A stretch of 64,000 bases of DNA from assembly GCF_006345805.1 (NCBI RefSeq), contig NC_043004.1, positions 101,184,001 to 101,248,000 on the forward strand, given 5' to 3'. The notes under the pieces were generated by a model. It ran no database searches. It saw only the letters and a program-made list of their open reading frames with translations, and was not told the DNA's origin. The translations under genes were made by a program, and so were the position numbers. Within the stretch, counting starts at the first letter, position 1. Each line of letters starts with the position of its first letter. Shown here piece after piece: positions 11,147-23,770 of this stretch. This DNA comes from Octopus sinensis (taxonomy: Eukaryota).

Positions 11147-12678
11147 GTAAGTTATTAAGACAAAAAAAAAAGTTTATTTCTTGTGCGCTCATACACAGAT
11201 AGGCTGTCTTATCTATATATCACATTTTGTTGTCTTATCAGCCTGTAATCTATCTATCTATCTATCAGTTTTCTGTTAATCTATCTATCTATCTCTCTAT
11301 CTATGTCTATCTATCTTTCTATCAGTTTTCTATTAATCTATCGGTCTCTCATTGTATACCTATTTCTGAATATAAGGCAGTATTTATCTGACTCAATTTT
11401 GATATATATATATATATGTATGTATGTATGTATGTGTGTGTGCGTTCGGTTGTATATGTGTATATAAGAAGCCCTAAAAATACAGACTAGCTTAAAGCGA
11501 CAAAGAACTCAATGCAGGTGTGTAACTTCGAAGTCACAGTTCGCGTCACGTTTGAATAATATGTGTGTTTATGTAGATATATATACATATACACACACGC
11601 ACAAATGCACACATCTATACATATATACATCCACACATATCTATACGTGTATATAAATACATACGGCTTCGGGGTAGGGGCGCACTTGTATAGGTATGCT
11701 CAAATATATACATCTCTATACACGCGTATTTATATACGCGCGCATATTCATATCTACCTGTCGTTGTCTATTTACTTCTAGATATGTATGTTTAACTGTT
11801 GTCATTCCGTCTCTGTCTACCTGTCCATTTGTCTGTATTTTCTGTCCAGTTTACCTATCTAGCCATCTCTCTCCCTTATCTTTTAGTCAATCTGTCTATC
11901 GGTCTTTCTCTCTCGCACACACACACACACACACGTGTGTATGCGTTTGTGTATGCACATATGTGTGTGTGTGTCTGTGAAATTTGCCAGTCTGTCATCT
12001 ACTTCGTGTGTGTGTGTGTATATATATATAATCAAGTACCTATATAATCTGAAATTTTTTATCATATACATATATAATCGGTAGTTTTCTATCAATTTTA
12101 TATTTATCAGTCTATTTATATCTATCTTTTCATGTAGCTCTTTATCAATCTATTTATATCTCTATAACTATCAGTTTATATATATATATATATATAAATA
12201 AATGTGTGTGTAACTGTATTGATCACACACACACACACGCTCTTTCTCTCATACACGCACTTGCGCGTACATATAAGCGCGTCTGTGTATACCTGTAAGT
12301 ATTGAGTGTATTTGGCAGTATCTGTAATGTATATAGATATATACACAACTACAAATATAGACACACACACACACATAAATACGTCCGTTTGAGTTTACAA
12401 ACAAGAAGAAACAGTACTCAATGTCGAAGTACAGAGTAAATATTTATTGTAATACTGAGAATAATCTTCGTTACTTCTCCGAGTTTCGCAATTGCCGCTT
12501 CTCACGTAACTAATCTATTACTTTTCTGATGTGATATAACAAAAATACGAGTGGGCAGTCTTTGAAAAGAAAATTTAAAGCGAGAGATAGTAATATATGT
12601 ATAATGTATATTCACGAGTAAAATAGAACAAAAATATGTGTATATATATATATATGTACATGCACACACGTGTCCATA

Positions 12679-12778
12679 NNNNNNNNNNNNNNNNNNNNNN
12701 NNNNNNNNNNNNNNNNNNNNNNNNNNNNNNNNNNNNNNNNNNNNNNNNNNNNNNNNNNNNNNNNNNNNNNNNNNNNNN
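12679..12778. other. Assembly gap (100 N)
   Basis: Run of N. Confidence 1.
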
Positions 12779-13366
12779 ATGTATTTACATCTATATACAT
12801 ATGTATATACATCTACATATATTTATGTATATGTATATTTATATATGCCTGTATACACATGTATATTTGCATGTGCATGTATGTATAATTATATATATGC
12901 GTGTATTTTCACCTATATGTATGAATGTTTAGATACATTTTTTTATATTCTATATAATCATATATATGCGAGTGCATACACGCTTTGTGTGTGTGTTTGT
13001 GTATATGCACTCACTGTATTATAAGATGTGAAATTAGATGATTTTCGTCTTATTGCTCTGTATACTCCGTATAGTATTTGTTTCACCTGTAATCGGAGTT
13101 ACAGATATTGACTGTGATCTGCGCTTCACTGTACCAGATCAGCACAAGTATTTGACTGGCGTTTCATTTTATCGACCCTCGAAGGATTATAGGCAAAGTT
13201 TATTTAAATCTACATGATTTGAGTTCTGGTGCGAATCGCCGCCACAAATACCACAAGATGTTGTGTGTGTGTGCATATAACTTGATTGGTCTGAGTTACA
13301 GAGCAGTGCCTATGGCCTTTCTATACCTAGAAGTGCCTGGGAAATTAATGTCTCTCTTGATCCTTC

Positions 13367-14443
13367 TCAAGTCAACATCTGTAGAAATGAAAGGAACAGG
13401 GAGGGAAAGCCACAGGGCCGACGTTCATAAAAGGGGATACAAGGCGTATTGTTTCGTTCATGGACTGAAAGGTTGGAAACATGAAAGGTGATGTGTGAAT
13501 CAGAGGTAAGTGGGTCAAGAATGTCTGAGAAGAGGTGGCTTGATCCTGGCAAATTCCGAGCGGCAGAGGCCATTAGAGTACCTGTAGAAAAGGCAGACAG
13601 AGGAGATAGTGCCTGCGGGCCAGAGTCTGTGAATGATTTTACGCCAGACAGTCGGTTACCATTTTTTTTATGTGGTCTAGGTTGTATTTGTGTGTGTCAC
13701 AGCTTCACCGTCACTAATGTGAGAGCAATGCTCCATTGTCGGCTTCACAGAACCTTCGAAGCATGTCTATGAATGTTAGGTTCCAGAAGCGACTTAAGGC
13801 CCTGAAGTGAAGAGCTAATCGTTAGGACGTTGTCCTAGCTATGCCATGGATACGCTTTTCCCAAGAGAAACACCCGTGATAACCATTCCCAACATTTAGA
13901 ACGATTGTAAGGGCTCTGGTTACGTGTCGCCAATGATTTAGGTGGATTATGGATAGATAATATTTTATATGAGTAGCGATTGCTTTCTTTTGCTGTTGGA
14001 AGAGACGGGTTTGACATGTCTCCATTGAAGAATGTTTTCGAGGTCCTCTCTCTACATGGTGTCAGTGTGGGTTTGGCGTGTGGTGTCAAGGTTACGAGTG
14101 GATTATATTTGGTTTTAAGGTTAGAGAAAACGTTATCTACCTAAGAGCAGTTGCTGTTGGCGTTGTTGGACGTGAGGGCAAGTAGGTCGTTGTTGTGTAT
14201 AGAAGGAAGGGAACGTGTGGATGGGTTAAGAAGAAACCCCTTAGGCACGCTGGAGTTGATAAACTGAGGGTTCAAAAGAGCTTCGTCCAAATACTTTACA
14301 ATAGTGAGATCTGATTGGAAGTTACCGATATAAGGGATGGGAGTCGAGTGGGGTTCTTGGCGAACAGTTTCGATGGAGGATCCCGCGTGACTGACACCAT
14401 TGAAAATATTTATGTCGAGGGCGACAGGCGTCACTTTCACCAA
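13367..14443 (-). pseudogene. Degraded ORF of an unidentified element
   Basis: ORFs 14141-14443, 13835-14089 and 13367-13573 are in the same minus frame with about four internal stops over ~359 codons; no family recognised. Confidence 0.3.
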
Positions 14444-15127
14444 AGTTTTTCAAGGCGAGAGCCAACTGGTGAATGACATTTGTGTTGTGTACACACACAT
14501 TACACACACACATACGCACACGCTCGGGTGTGTGTATATACATGCATTTGTGTCAGTATATTGGTATATAAACAGATGTGTATGTGTGTGTATTGTATGT
14601 TAGTGCGTATGCAGATATGAGCGCATATATGTCTGTATGTACATGTATATGGGTTGTGTAGATATTTGTGCATATATACTTCCAGTGTATATACGCGTGT
14701 GTGTTATGTTGGGAGAGAATGTGTAACATTAATGACACAGTTATTTTATATTCCTCGTCTGCAAGGGAATTGCCTCTAGCAGTCCTCTACAATATTCTCG
14801 GATCGCTTGTTCCCTTCAATGAATGTGGGCTCTGACTAAAATATATATCTGTTGTGAGTGCCAGCAGTTGTAGATTTTAATATCTCTTTGTTTTTGTCAG
14901 TGTTCTTTTTTGGAAGGAAGTGTATTGGGACGACTTTTAACCATTACTTTCTGCCGCCCGATTCTTATTACACTTTACATGTGTAGACTCTTCCACAGCT
15001 GGTTTATTATTCACTGTGTTTTAATTGATCGTTGGATAAACAAAAAGAAAAGAAAAAAAAGCATTAGTTTCAGAAATATTGGTTTAAGATTATGTATAGC
15101 TTCGATGGTTTGAATATCTGTCGACTG

Positions 15128-15419
15128 GGCAATCTTTCGTCTCTAGTAGACCTTTCCGTCGATTTCCGTAAAAAAAATTTTTTTTTTTTTACATATGGGC
15201 TTGCGGGAACTTTTGAAGTAATGAGAGCGAAAGAGACTAAGAGAAAGCGATTGTATGACGAGGGAAGTTCTTTTGAAGTTACCGTGCATGGGAAGCATTG
15301 ATGTACATGTGTGTGTGTGTGTTTGATGGGGTGTGGGAGACCGCAAGCCCATATGTAAAAAAAAAAAGAAGTTTTTTACGGAAATCGACGGAAAGGTCTA
15401 CAAGAGACGAAAGATTGCC
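15128..15419. mobile_element. MITE with ~85-bp TIRs and 8-bp TSD (Merlin-like)
   Basis: Termini GGCAATC..GATTGCC; TSD GTCGACTG at 15120-15127 and 15420-15427. Confidence 0.85.
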
Positions 15420-15756
15420 GTCGACTGTATACAGTTAAAATGGAATAAATGAATTTTTTGTCTAAGGTGTGTGCGGAGGGGCTAAAGTTACAGGCAGTGA
15501 AGAGAACCACTTATAATAGCGTTACTCATGTTAATGTACCGTCACTTCCCGTTTATTTATATATTTATTTATTTTATCTTATCTGTTTAATCTGTTTTTA
15601 TTGTCGCTTCAATTAAAACATTCGTTATCAGGCGAAAAACGTGGAGGTGGGTTTTTCTTTCTCATTCTAAATCGCCCTACCCATCTTTGTACCTGTCATT
15701 CGGCCTGGAAGTGACAACTGTGGGTGTATTAATAATGTGTATTAAGTGAGGATTTG

Positions 15757-15792
<36 letters not shown>

Positions 15793-16661
15793 CCGTGCGA
15801 TTTTGTTTAACTAAAAAAAAATAAATATATTTCATCGTACTTTTTGTTTTAAACGAAGTGTAGATTTGAGTTTTAGCCACCAAATATTATGAGTGGGTCA
15901 TATGCCAGCTGTGTGTGTGTGTGTGTTCTACAAAATGGTAATTCATCGGATGTAAGGGAAGAATATGCGAGCTTAAGTTAATGACGTTAGACTCCAATAA
16001 TATAAGTTAGTAGTAGGATAGAAAATAGCTTCTCATTTCTGATGTCTTTATATACTTTACCTTCCTACCTATGTATATATATATATAATATATCTGTTCT
16101 ATCTTTTGTGTTTGTGTGTCTACTTGAAATTAACGAGTGGGTAGGAGGTGAGATATACCCGTTTTATACTTTAGTAGTAACTGTCAAACAACAACAACAA
16201 CGACGACGTCAGTGTTTGGTGTGTGTGAGCGTGAATACATATACAGGTGGCTTCAATTTAAGGTACATTCCAATGTATCAGTCTACCGTCCGTCTGAAAT
16301 TCTTGTTTCTCGTGTGTGAGATTTTAGATTCGATTTCTGCGCTGCACGAGTTACGTCTCCCCCCTCGTCTCTCTCTCTCTCTCTCTCTATTTAGTAGGTA
16401 TAAGACTGCAGTTTCGCAGCAGATATGTACATATATCACTTCAGTCAACACTGTCACATAATTGCAACCACCGTCGCAAGCACCACTACTACCTTTCTCG
16501 TTCATTACTCCAGTAAAATCTCAACTGCTACATCCCTGTAGGCACCACATCCACTTCACACACACACATACATCGCAGCCAACAGTCACACTACCTGTAC
16601 AACTACCTGTGCAACACCACAATTACACTACTACATCGACCTCCTCCGATACACTCTTCAT

Positions 16662-16810
16662 CAGGCATGGACAACCTTTTTCGGGAAGCGGGCCGCACGA
16701 GGCATTGCTCGTCATCAGGTGGGCCGCACTTCTAAAAAAATTCATGATAGCTTTTTTGCGTCAGGCGTGCCATTCAGAGAGTCCCACGGGTCGCAGTTTG
16801 CCCATGACTG
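16662..16810. mobile_element. hAT-like MITE
   Basis: TIRs CAGGCATGGACAACCT / AGTTTGCCCATGACTG, GGGCCGCA subterminal motifs, degenerate 8-bp TSD CTCTTCAT/TTCTACAT. Confidence 0.7.
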
Positions 16811-17149
16811 TTCTACATCAATCCCTTTGTATCCTCGTCTCTAGACGTGAAGACTAACTAAACCTTACACCTACCAGAAACCACTACCATCTTATATGAA
16901 AACAAAGCGGTAGGTAGGGTGTGCTTTGAAACCTATCGCAGTGATAGGGGTTTGTGAGAGTGCTAGAGTGTTGGGTGTGTAGTCTTGAGGTGCCGTTGGT
17001 GGGAGTCGTGGCAGTACACGCACACACAGTGCGATCGTCAGTCACATTTGTGAATGACTTCGGTGTTCTCTGCATGTACCGTCCTCTCGCTGATTTTTAG
17101 GTGCCCGTATAGTCGCGATCAAACAAACACTCTCGGTCTTCTTATCTTT

Positions 17150-17300
17150 TAAACCCTGCTGAATAACCAAGATAAGGCAGCACTGGGCTAGTACTTTAAT
17201 TATCGGCCCACAAAAGGATGAAAGTTGAAGGTGCTCTAACTTATAAGCTCAGAAAACCCAAACGTACGTCGCAGCGCATTCTGTCCGACGCTTTAACATC
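17150..17300 (-). mobile_element. Meta-domain-type SINE fragment
   Basis: GTACTTTAATTATCGGCCCACAAAAGGATGAAAG. Confidence 0.65.
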
Positions 17301-18279
17301 TTTACCGAACGGCGGCTGCCTTACATATGTGTGTGCGGCGCGTGCGGAGCGCCTGTCTGAATTTTATGTTACTGCTTTTTATTTTGAATGCTTTTCGTTT
17401 CTAGTGAATACCATTATGAATACCATTTGTGAAAGCTAAACACTGAATGGAGGTTTTATTTATTAATTTTTTTTTTTTATGATAGCAAAAGCTTCACAAC
17501 TAAATTCACTTTATATACTAAATATTTCACACACAAACATCCACGTTTATACCTTTATCAACCGAACTACTACAACTCTCCCCCAGACATCACCTGATGC
17601 TCCCAACACCTAGCTTACTACAACCAATCGGCAAACAGTTCCCCCAGCATTCACCAACACCACCCACCAATTACCATTGAAACATCAATGAAGTTAGCAG
17701 AAACACTTAAACAAACTTCAGAAAAGCACAGATGAACGAGTTTCCGTCAAGAAACAGAATCAAAGTTTCAGAATTCACCGATCGCGAACATCAATCGATC
17801 GACACTGCAATATTTAAACATTGGCAGCTGAGGGGAAATACTCCAGGAGAGTGTTCGGCATACGAAATATAAAAAGGTAGGGTCTCACATATGTAATATA
17901 GTTAGTTGAAAAATTTCAATCGACTAAAATTTTCTAAGCAATTAGTATAATAGACAGAAATTCCCCTCTGGGATTGCTTAAAATGTAATTTTAAAAAATG
18001 CATGTGAAATAATTCGAAAAAGGTAAGCTGATTGAAATTTTTGATCAATATAAGTAATTTAGATTGAAGTGAGTTTATTACAGTCAACTGGTGGAGATAA
18101 CGGATAAGTTTCGGCCTTATCAGACCTCACCAGCGAACTAAGTTCTCATTTGGCAAGACGCAAGACTCGATGTTATAGAAATAGATGGAATGTAGGGACC
18201 GTTGGTTATGTATGAAAACAATATAATCGAGGAAAAATATTTCAGGGGTACAGTCTGCATACTATATATATATATATAT

Positions 18280-18485
18280 ACTCTTACTCTTTTACTTGTT
18301 TCAGTCATTTGACTGCGGCCATGCTGGAGCACCGCTTTTAATCGAGCAACTCGACCCCGGGACTTATTCTTTGTAAGCCCAGTACTTATTCTATCGGTCT
18401 CTTTTTGCCGAACCGCTAAGTGACGGGGACATAAACACACCAGCATCGGCTGTCAAGCAATGCTAGGGGGACAAACACAGACACA

Positions 18486-18490
<5 letters not shown>
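18280..18490 (-). mobile_element. CORE-type SINE 3' half (young)
   Basis: Near-identical to the 3' halves at 47895 and 55910. Confidence 0.9.
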
Positions 18491-18566
<76 letters not shown>

Positions 18567-19091
18567 TCACTCAATATATTGAATACATGCGCGCTAATGT
18601 ATAAATCGATGGGATGTCGTATATGTAATTACCGAGTTGAAAACTTAGATCTGCTGAGATTATCTAATCAATTAGGGCAGAAAACTCTTTGTAATGATAC
18701 GTTAGAATTTTTAATAAAAATATTAAGATCACTTGATCAAAAAGTTTTTGGACAATTCAGACTAGAATGGGTTTGAGTCCTTATTAAAGCAAACTGGTTT
18801 ACTATTGCACAGAAATAGAGACCCGGAAAAAAAAATATATATTCTCACTATTTATTATTATGAATTATTTATTTCCACCCCCATTATTTGTTATCGCTTC
18901 TATCTGAATGTTACTCTAAATGTTGATTCGGATGATAGAACATTTTCAAGTGTATAGATTTTTTTTTTACCCATAGAGACATGTTATTTGTGTTTTCTCA
19001 AATTTTCAGCTGATTTCGGTAGATTTCCCTTCGGTTTAAAATTGTGACCTCATCGGTCTATGTGTGTAACAATTCTCTTACGATGGTCAGC

Positions 19092-19122
<31 letters not shown>

Positions 19123-19739
19123 TCTATCTACATACCTATCTATCTATTTATCTATCTATTTATCTATCTATCTATCTTTCGATGAAAACAAGCTTTTATT
19201 GTAGAAACATTGATTCATGTCCAGGAAATATGTACTATACAATACGTATGTTTATTTTAATGTATGTACCTTGATTTATTTTCGAATTGTACACGTGTAT
19301 TATCTGCATCTACGCATTTATTTTCTGTTTCTTTCTCTTTTATTACTATTATTTATTTATTGGTATATGAATGTATGTATTACACACGTATGTGTATATG
19401 TCTATGAACAATCTGGTGATGATCTACTCTGAGTTTGATGCACATGAAATACAGGTACGACTGGCAAAGCGTGCGTGCTTTACTTTTGAAATACACCAAT
19501 GTATCTTTTTGCATTAATATATGACCCTACACACTTCTAACGCTATAGCTAATTGTTAAGAGCTGCTAAAAAGTCTTATTTCTCAATAGAAAGAGACGGA
19601 TGTGCTGTGTTGAATAAGAGTAAAACAAATGCCTTTTCGTACAATCTCACACCAAGAGACACATTTCTTTTCTTTGGTACAATAGAGTCCAATATATTAT
19701 TGCTAATACTAATATTATTGATATCATTATTAATATTTT

Positions 19740-21985
19740 CAAGGCGGCAGCGAGCTGACAGAACCGTTAGCACGTCGGGCAATATCTTTAGCGGTGTTTT
19801 TCGTCCGTTTTTACGTTCTGAGTTCGCATTCCGCCGGGGTCGACTTTGCCTTTTATTTTTTCGGGGTCGATGAAATAAGTAACAGTTAAGCTCTGTGGCC
19901 GATGTAATTGACTTCCCTCCTCCCCCACGATTTCAGGCTTTGTGCCTATAGTAAAAAGGGTTATTATTATCGGGACGGCAGCGATCTGTCAGTATCGTTA
20001 GGATGCCGGGTAAAATGCTTAGCAGCATTTCGTCCGTCGCTACGTTCTGAGTTCAAATTCCGCCGAGGTCGACTTTACCTTTCATCCTTTCGGGAGTCGA
20101 TAAAATATGTACCAGCTGAACACCCCGTCTCCAAAATTGCTGGCCTTGTGCCAAAATTTGAAAAGAATATTATTATCAAGGTTGCGGCGTGCTGACGACA
20201 TTTTGTCTTTACGTTCTGAGTTCAAATTCCGCCGAGCTCAACTTTGCCTTTCATCCTTTCGGGATCGATAAGTACCCGTTGAACACTAGGGTCGATGTAA
20301 TCGGCTTAACCCCCTCCCTCAAATGTCAAGCCTTGTGCCTATAATAGAAAGAATTATTTACTGCCACTTCTACTGTTCGATACTCATCCCTTTATCTGTA
20401 TGCAGGCGAGCTGGCGGAATCGTTAGAGCATCGGGGGAAAATGCTTTTGCGGTTCTTTTCCGACTCTTTAAGCTCTACGTTCAAATCTCAACGAAATCAC
20501 CTTTATCTTTCATTCCTTCAGGATCGATAAAATTGTCAGCAGTGCTGTGGTCGATGGCATTTACTGCTCCCTCGCCCATCATTCCATACCTTTCGTCTGC
20601 TAGCCGACGGGATCGCTCTGAGCATTCTAATATTTTTCACAGTGAACATACCGGCCGCCTCGGAAGTTCGGCGTAGGATATTCTCGGAAGAAACGTGCCT
20701 GCCTGCCGAATCCACCGGGGGACGCGCTACCGCAACGCTGACGAGGTCCGATACGCTTGAATCTGAAACCATTGTTTAAGATGATAAAAGGAGGCGATCT
20801 GGCAGAAACCGTTTGGTTGTGTCAAAATGTGTCTTACGGCATCTCTGTTGTCTCTGTACGTTCTGGGTTCAATTCCCGCCGCAATTTTACCTTTTTCTCC
20901 TTTGCGTGGTGGATAAAATAAAGCATTATTTAAGTACTGGTACAGCTTTATCGACTATGCTTTCTCTCTTCAGAATTACTAGCCTTTTGTCTGGTTTTCT
21001 TCGGCTTTTTTACGTTCTGAATTCAAATCTCGCTGTGATCCACTCTGCTTTTCATGCGTCCGAGGCTGATAAAATAAAGTACCAGTCAAATACTGTAGTC
21101 GATTTAATCGACCTTACAAAATTTGTTAAAAATAATGAAAATGATGAAGACGGTGAAATGGTAGAATCGATAAAGCGTTAAGCAAAAGTGACTTGCACTG
21201 TTCGCTCCAGTTTTTTTACGTTCCGAGTTCAAATACATCTGAAGTCATCCTTAACCTTCAGTTTTCCGAGATGAATAAAACAAAGTGCTTGTCAATTATA
21301 TTGTGAATTTTATCGGCTGTTCCCTTTTTCTGTGCCTGTATTTCTAACACTTACGGTAGAGGTTGCCAGAATATGTAGTTCGACGAAAGGCGGCGTGCTA
21401 GCAGAAACGTTAGCACACCGGGCGGAATGCTTAGCGGTATTTCGTCTGCCGCTACGTTCTGAGTTTAAATTCCGCCGTGGTCGACTTTGCCTTTCATCCT
21501 TTCGGGGTCGATTAAATAAGTACCAGTTACGCACTGGGATCGATATACTCGACTTAATCCGTTTGTCTGGCCTTGTTTGTCCTCTCTGTGTTTAGCCCCT
21601 TGTGGGTAGTAAAGAAATAGGTATTTCGTCTGCCGCTACGTTCTGAGTTCAAATTCCGCCGAGGTCGACTTTGCCTTTCATCCTTTCGGGGTCGATAAAT
21701 TAAGTACCAGTTGCGCACTGGGGTCGATGTAATCGACTTAATCCCATTGTCTGTCCTTGTTTGCCCCCTCTATGTTTAGCCCCTTGTGGGCAATATAGAA
21801 ATAAGAAACGTTAGCACGCCGGGCGAAATGCTTAGCGGTATTTCGTCTGCCGCTACGTTCTGAGTTCAAATTCCGCCGAAGTCGACTTTGCCTTTCGTCC
21901 TTTCGGCCTCGATAAATTAAGTACCAGTTACGCACTGGGGTCGATCTAATCGATTGGCCCCCTTCCCCCAAAATTTCTGGACTTG
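19740..21985 (+). mobile_element. Cluster of about ten same-strand Meta-domain-type SINEs, ending in a young multimer (21390-21985)
   Basis: Heads or bodies near 19741, 19980, 20185, 20400, 20795, 21000, 21220, 21390, 21620 and 21805. Confidence 0.85.
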
Positions 21986-22179
21986 TGCGATCTTTATATT
22001 CTTTTATTTACAGAATCCAAGCCTCGGTGAATTCTATCCTGTCTTTTAAATTCTTTCACATCCGATAAAAAGAACTACATTGTTAAACGAATGAAGTTTT
22101 CTAATGCATGTCTGCAGCCTTCGCTTTCTTTTACCTCATGGGTGCAAAAAAAAAAAATACAAGATATTTTCTGATATAG

Positions 22180-22900
22180 ACGTAGGCATTGCCGTGAGGT
22201 TAAACTCGCCTTACAATCACTTGGTTTCGGGTTCAGTTCCACTGCGCGGCACTTTTGACAAGTCTTCTACTATAGCCCTGGGCCAATTAATGAATTTGGA
22301 AGAAGGAAACTATGTGGAAGCCCGCCGTGTGCTTGTGTGCTTGTGTTTTTGTCCCACACCACCGCTTGCTGGTTTGTTTACGTCACTAACTTAGCGGTTC
22401 AGCAAAAGAAATCGATAGAATGTACCATTCTTAAAAAATAAATTCTGGGGTTGAATTGTCTAAACCTTTTTAGACGACGCCCTAGCTTGGCTGCAGTCTA
22501 ATGAATTAAACCAGTTAAAAGATGTGGCTGTCTGGTAAGAAGTTTACTTCTAAATCACAAGGTTCCGGGTTCAGTCCCACTGCATGGCACCTTGGACAAG
22601 TGTCTTCTACTATAGCCTCAGGCCGACCAAAATCTTGTGAGTGGATTTGGTAGACGGAAACTGAAAGAAGCCCATCATATATGTATGTATATATGTGTGT
22701 CTCAGTTTCTTCCCACCCACCCCTTGACAACTGGTTTTGGGGTGTTTACGTCCCTGTAACTTAGCGGCACGGCAAATTAAGTACTTTGCTTCAAAAAGAA
22801 AAAAATCTTAAGGTCGATTTGTTCAATCGACCCTAGGACTTATTCAAGGTGGTGCTCCAGCATGGCCGCAAGTCTAATGACTCATGTTGAAAGATAAAAG
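22180..22900 (+). mobile_element. Two adjacent CORE-type SINEs
   Basis: Copies at ~22180-22510 and ~22520-22900. Confidence 0.85.
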
Positions 22901-23320
22901 ATAATGTAATAATAGGAAGAAGATTCTGCGAGTGAGAAAGTGTTAACTGTTTTAATCAGCCAAGTATATTACTAGTAGTTATCGATTCCGGTGGAATGCA
23001 TAATAAATATCGCTAGATTTTGAACACATCGATCCCAGTGGGACGAGGTAAAATATGTTCAGGGTTTCATTTATATTCTTCTATTCACATTCCGTCTCCT
23101 TTCTTACATTTGGTCAAGTCAACAACCTGAAGACTGTGGGTTATATCGATCGAATCTTAAGTAGGACGAAACGCATTAGATGAAACCCTATGTATTAATA
23201 TTTACCCTACTGCTGTAGTGAATAATCAGGCACAGATACAGTGTTAAGAATTGAAACTGTGCCGTTGAATTCTGTTTTGAAAGGGTTCATGTCCCTCATT
23301 TTTTCTCCCCCCTTTTTAAA

Positions 23321-23349
<29 letters not shown>

Positions 23350-23358
<9 letters not shown>

Positions 23359-23520
23359 AGGAGTGGCTGTGTGGTAAGTAGCTTGCTATCCAACAACATG
23401 GTTCTGGGTTCAGTCCCACTGCGTGACATCTTGGGCAAGTGTCTTCTGTTATAGCCCCGTGTCTTCTGTTATGCCTTGTGAGTGGATTTGGTAGACGGAA
23501 ACTGAAAGAAGCCTGTCGTA

Positions 23521-23553
<33 letters not shown>

Positions 23554-23770
23554 GAATGTATGTGTGTTTGTGTGTCTGTGTTTGTCTCCCTAGCATTGCT
23601 TGACAACCGATGCTGGTGTGTTTACGTCCCCGTCACTTAGCGGTTCGGCAAAAAGAGACCGACAGAATAAGTACTGGGCTTACAAAAAGAATAAGTCCCG
23701 GGGTCGATTTGCGCGACTAAAGGCGGTGCTCCAGCATGGCCGCAGTCAAATGACTGAAACAAGTAAAAGA
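23350..23770 (+). mobile_element. CORE-type SINE, full length
   Basis: Head GCGCAGGAGTGGCTGTGTGG through tail CAAGTAAAAGAG. Confidence 0.9.

Noticed and set aside
20735-20770. CTGACGAGG..GAAAC in a GC-rich patch
   Set aside because: Stem II does not pair. The patch 20560-20790 may be an old LINE fragment, but motifs are too weak to call.
23127-23180. CTGAAGA ... GGACGAAACGC hammerhead-like words
   Set aside because: No stem II pairing between the two core halves and no NUH or stem I.
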